IMG/VR virus record: IMGVR_UViG_3300032312_001770
Coordinates: 1-64,000 of that record
Direction: 5' to 3' (one strand)
Source: a virus
Lineage: Duplodnaviria > Heunggongvirae > Uroviricota > Caudoviricetes
DNA length: 64,000 nt
The notes below the pieces were generated by a model. The model was given only the letters and a program-made list of their open reading frames with translations. It was not told the origin of the DNA and did no database searches. Made by a program: the position numbers and the translations under genes. How positions within the stretch are numbered: position 1 is the stretch's first letter; every line of letters begins with the position of its first letter. Positions 63,079 through 64,000 of this stretch are shown here, in pieces.

Positions 63079-64000
63079 TTAATTAAATGAATTTATTTGA
63101 CCTAAAACTTGAGTAGGAATACCACTATTTGTATAGATAAAACTAAATCCAATTATATCAACCTTATTAGCACTACCAGAAGCTGTACCACCAGCCCACT
63201 TAATAGTAGAAGAAGTTCCATTAATTCTCACAGCTGTTGGTATATAAGCAGTTCCACCTTGAGCAATAACAACAGTTGTAGTTATTGTTCTAAAGTTTGT
63301 AGTAGGTACATTTATAAAGTTTGCTGTATAATTCTGTGATGCGGTTCCATGATACCAAATATTACCACCCGAAAAATCATAAATTACCGTTGAAGCAGTG
63401 GCTCCAGATGGTGTTGGATTTATAACTTCTGTTACTTCTGTAAATGTTGATTGACCATTAACAATTAAATTACCACTTAATGTTAAGTCAGTTGAAGGTG
63501 ATGTACCAGATGTGCCAGCAGAACCTGATGTTCCAGATGATCCACTTGTACCAGAAGAACCTGATCCAGTTAATTCAATCATTGTTAAAGTTGGTCCATC
63601 AACTTCTCCAAAGTTCATAGTACCACCTATAGTGCTAACAGTTCTCATACTATATGAGTAATTTCCAGCACTTGGGGTGTCAATAAAATGTAGACAATAT
63701 GGTACGTTCAAGTTTGAACTATTTTCAGCTTGTATAATCTTACCAATTGGTGTTGAATTTCGATATAATTGTAATCTCACAAAAGATGTAGCACCACTTG
63801 GATTAGCATCACCAGTAACTGTAACACTTATTGGACCACCAGTAGTAGATATAGTACCACTAATAATAGTTGTACCAATTGTAGTAACACCATTTAATAT
63901 TGATCCTAATACTTGAACATAGTTTTGGCGAGCTGTTGGAGTAGTGCCACTTGTGCCGGATGTTCCTGAACTACCTGATATACCGCTCGATCCAGATGTA
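63079..64000 (-). CDS. collagen-like plus Ig-like fibre protein, 5' partial (frame stays open upstream to the window edge)
   Basis: GSGSSGTSGSSGTSGSAGTSG collagen-like triplets; N-terminal domain homologous to 7958..8842; the reverse-complement translation continues without a stop beyond 63780. Confidence 0.55.
   Translation of the reverse strand, partial: TSGSSGISGSSGTSGTSGTTPTARQNYVQVLGSILNGVTTIGTTIISGTISTTGGPISVTVTGDANPSGATSFVRLQLYRNSTPIGKIIQAENSSNLNVPYCLHFIDTPSAGNYSYSMRTVSTIGGTMNFGEVDGPTLTMIELTGSGSSGTSGSSGTSGSAGTSGTSPSTDLTLSGNLIVNGQSTFTEVTEVINPTPSGATASTVIYDFSGGNIWYHGTASQNYTANFINVPTTNFRTITTTVVIAQGGTAYIPTAVRINGTSSTIKWAGGTASGSANKVDIIGFSFIYTNSGIPTQVLGQINSFN

Noticed and set aside
1-64000. 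CRISPR array or mobile element (IS/transposase/integrase) search
   Set aside because: No spaced direct-repeat arrays other than the in-gene 27-bp coding repeats. No transposase/integrase-like ORFs or terminal inverted repeats recognised.

Overview
This is an AT-rich window (roughly 30% GC) with no Shine-Dalgarno signals, and it looks like part of a large tailed bacteriophage (T4-like or jumbo-like), not a cellular chromosome. Evidence for that: an array of about 18 minus-strand tRNA genes at 2473-4585; three adjacent huge structural proteins (1055, 1367 and 1852 aa) rich in Asn/Ser/Thr; many tightly packed small ORFs; and a T4-style complement of NAD-dependent DNA ligase, thioredoxin, gp46/SbcC-like ATPase and Dam methylase. 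Recognisable genes include SmpB, ribosomal protein bS21, an S1-domain protein, a protein with an L7/L12 C-terminal domain, a sigma-70-family sigma factor, a pol-beta-type nucleotidyltransferase, two GT2 glycosyltransferase loci, Sir2, an HD hydrolase, an SPFH/flotillin protein, a DnaJ-like protein, an M16-like peptidase and collagen-like/Ig-like fibre paralogs at both ends of the window. The most unusual signal is the tRNA array. Hand-folding gives canonical tRNAs (Arg-ACG, Lys-UUU, Trp-CCA, Phe-GAA, His-GUG with G-1, Ser-GGA/GCU/UGA) interleaved with aberrant paralogs: long-variable-arm tRNAs carrying Lys (CUU, UUU, UUU) and Trp (CCA) anticodons, and tRNA-like genes with 30-68 nt insertions after the D arm. 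Together with the translation-related proteins this reads as a translation-reprogramming module. The tRNA folds were done by eye and need tRNAscan-SE/ARAGORN confirmation; tRNA coordinates are approximate to +/-2 nt. All protein calls rest on motif recognition, not searches.
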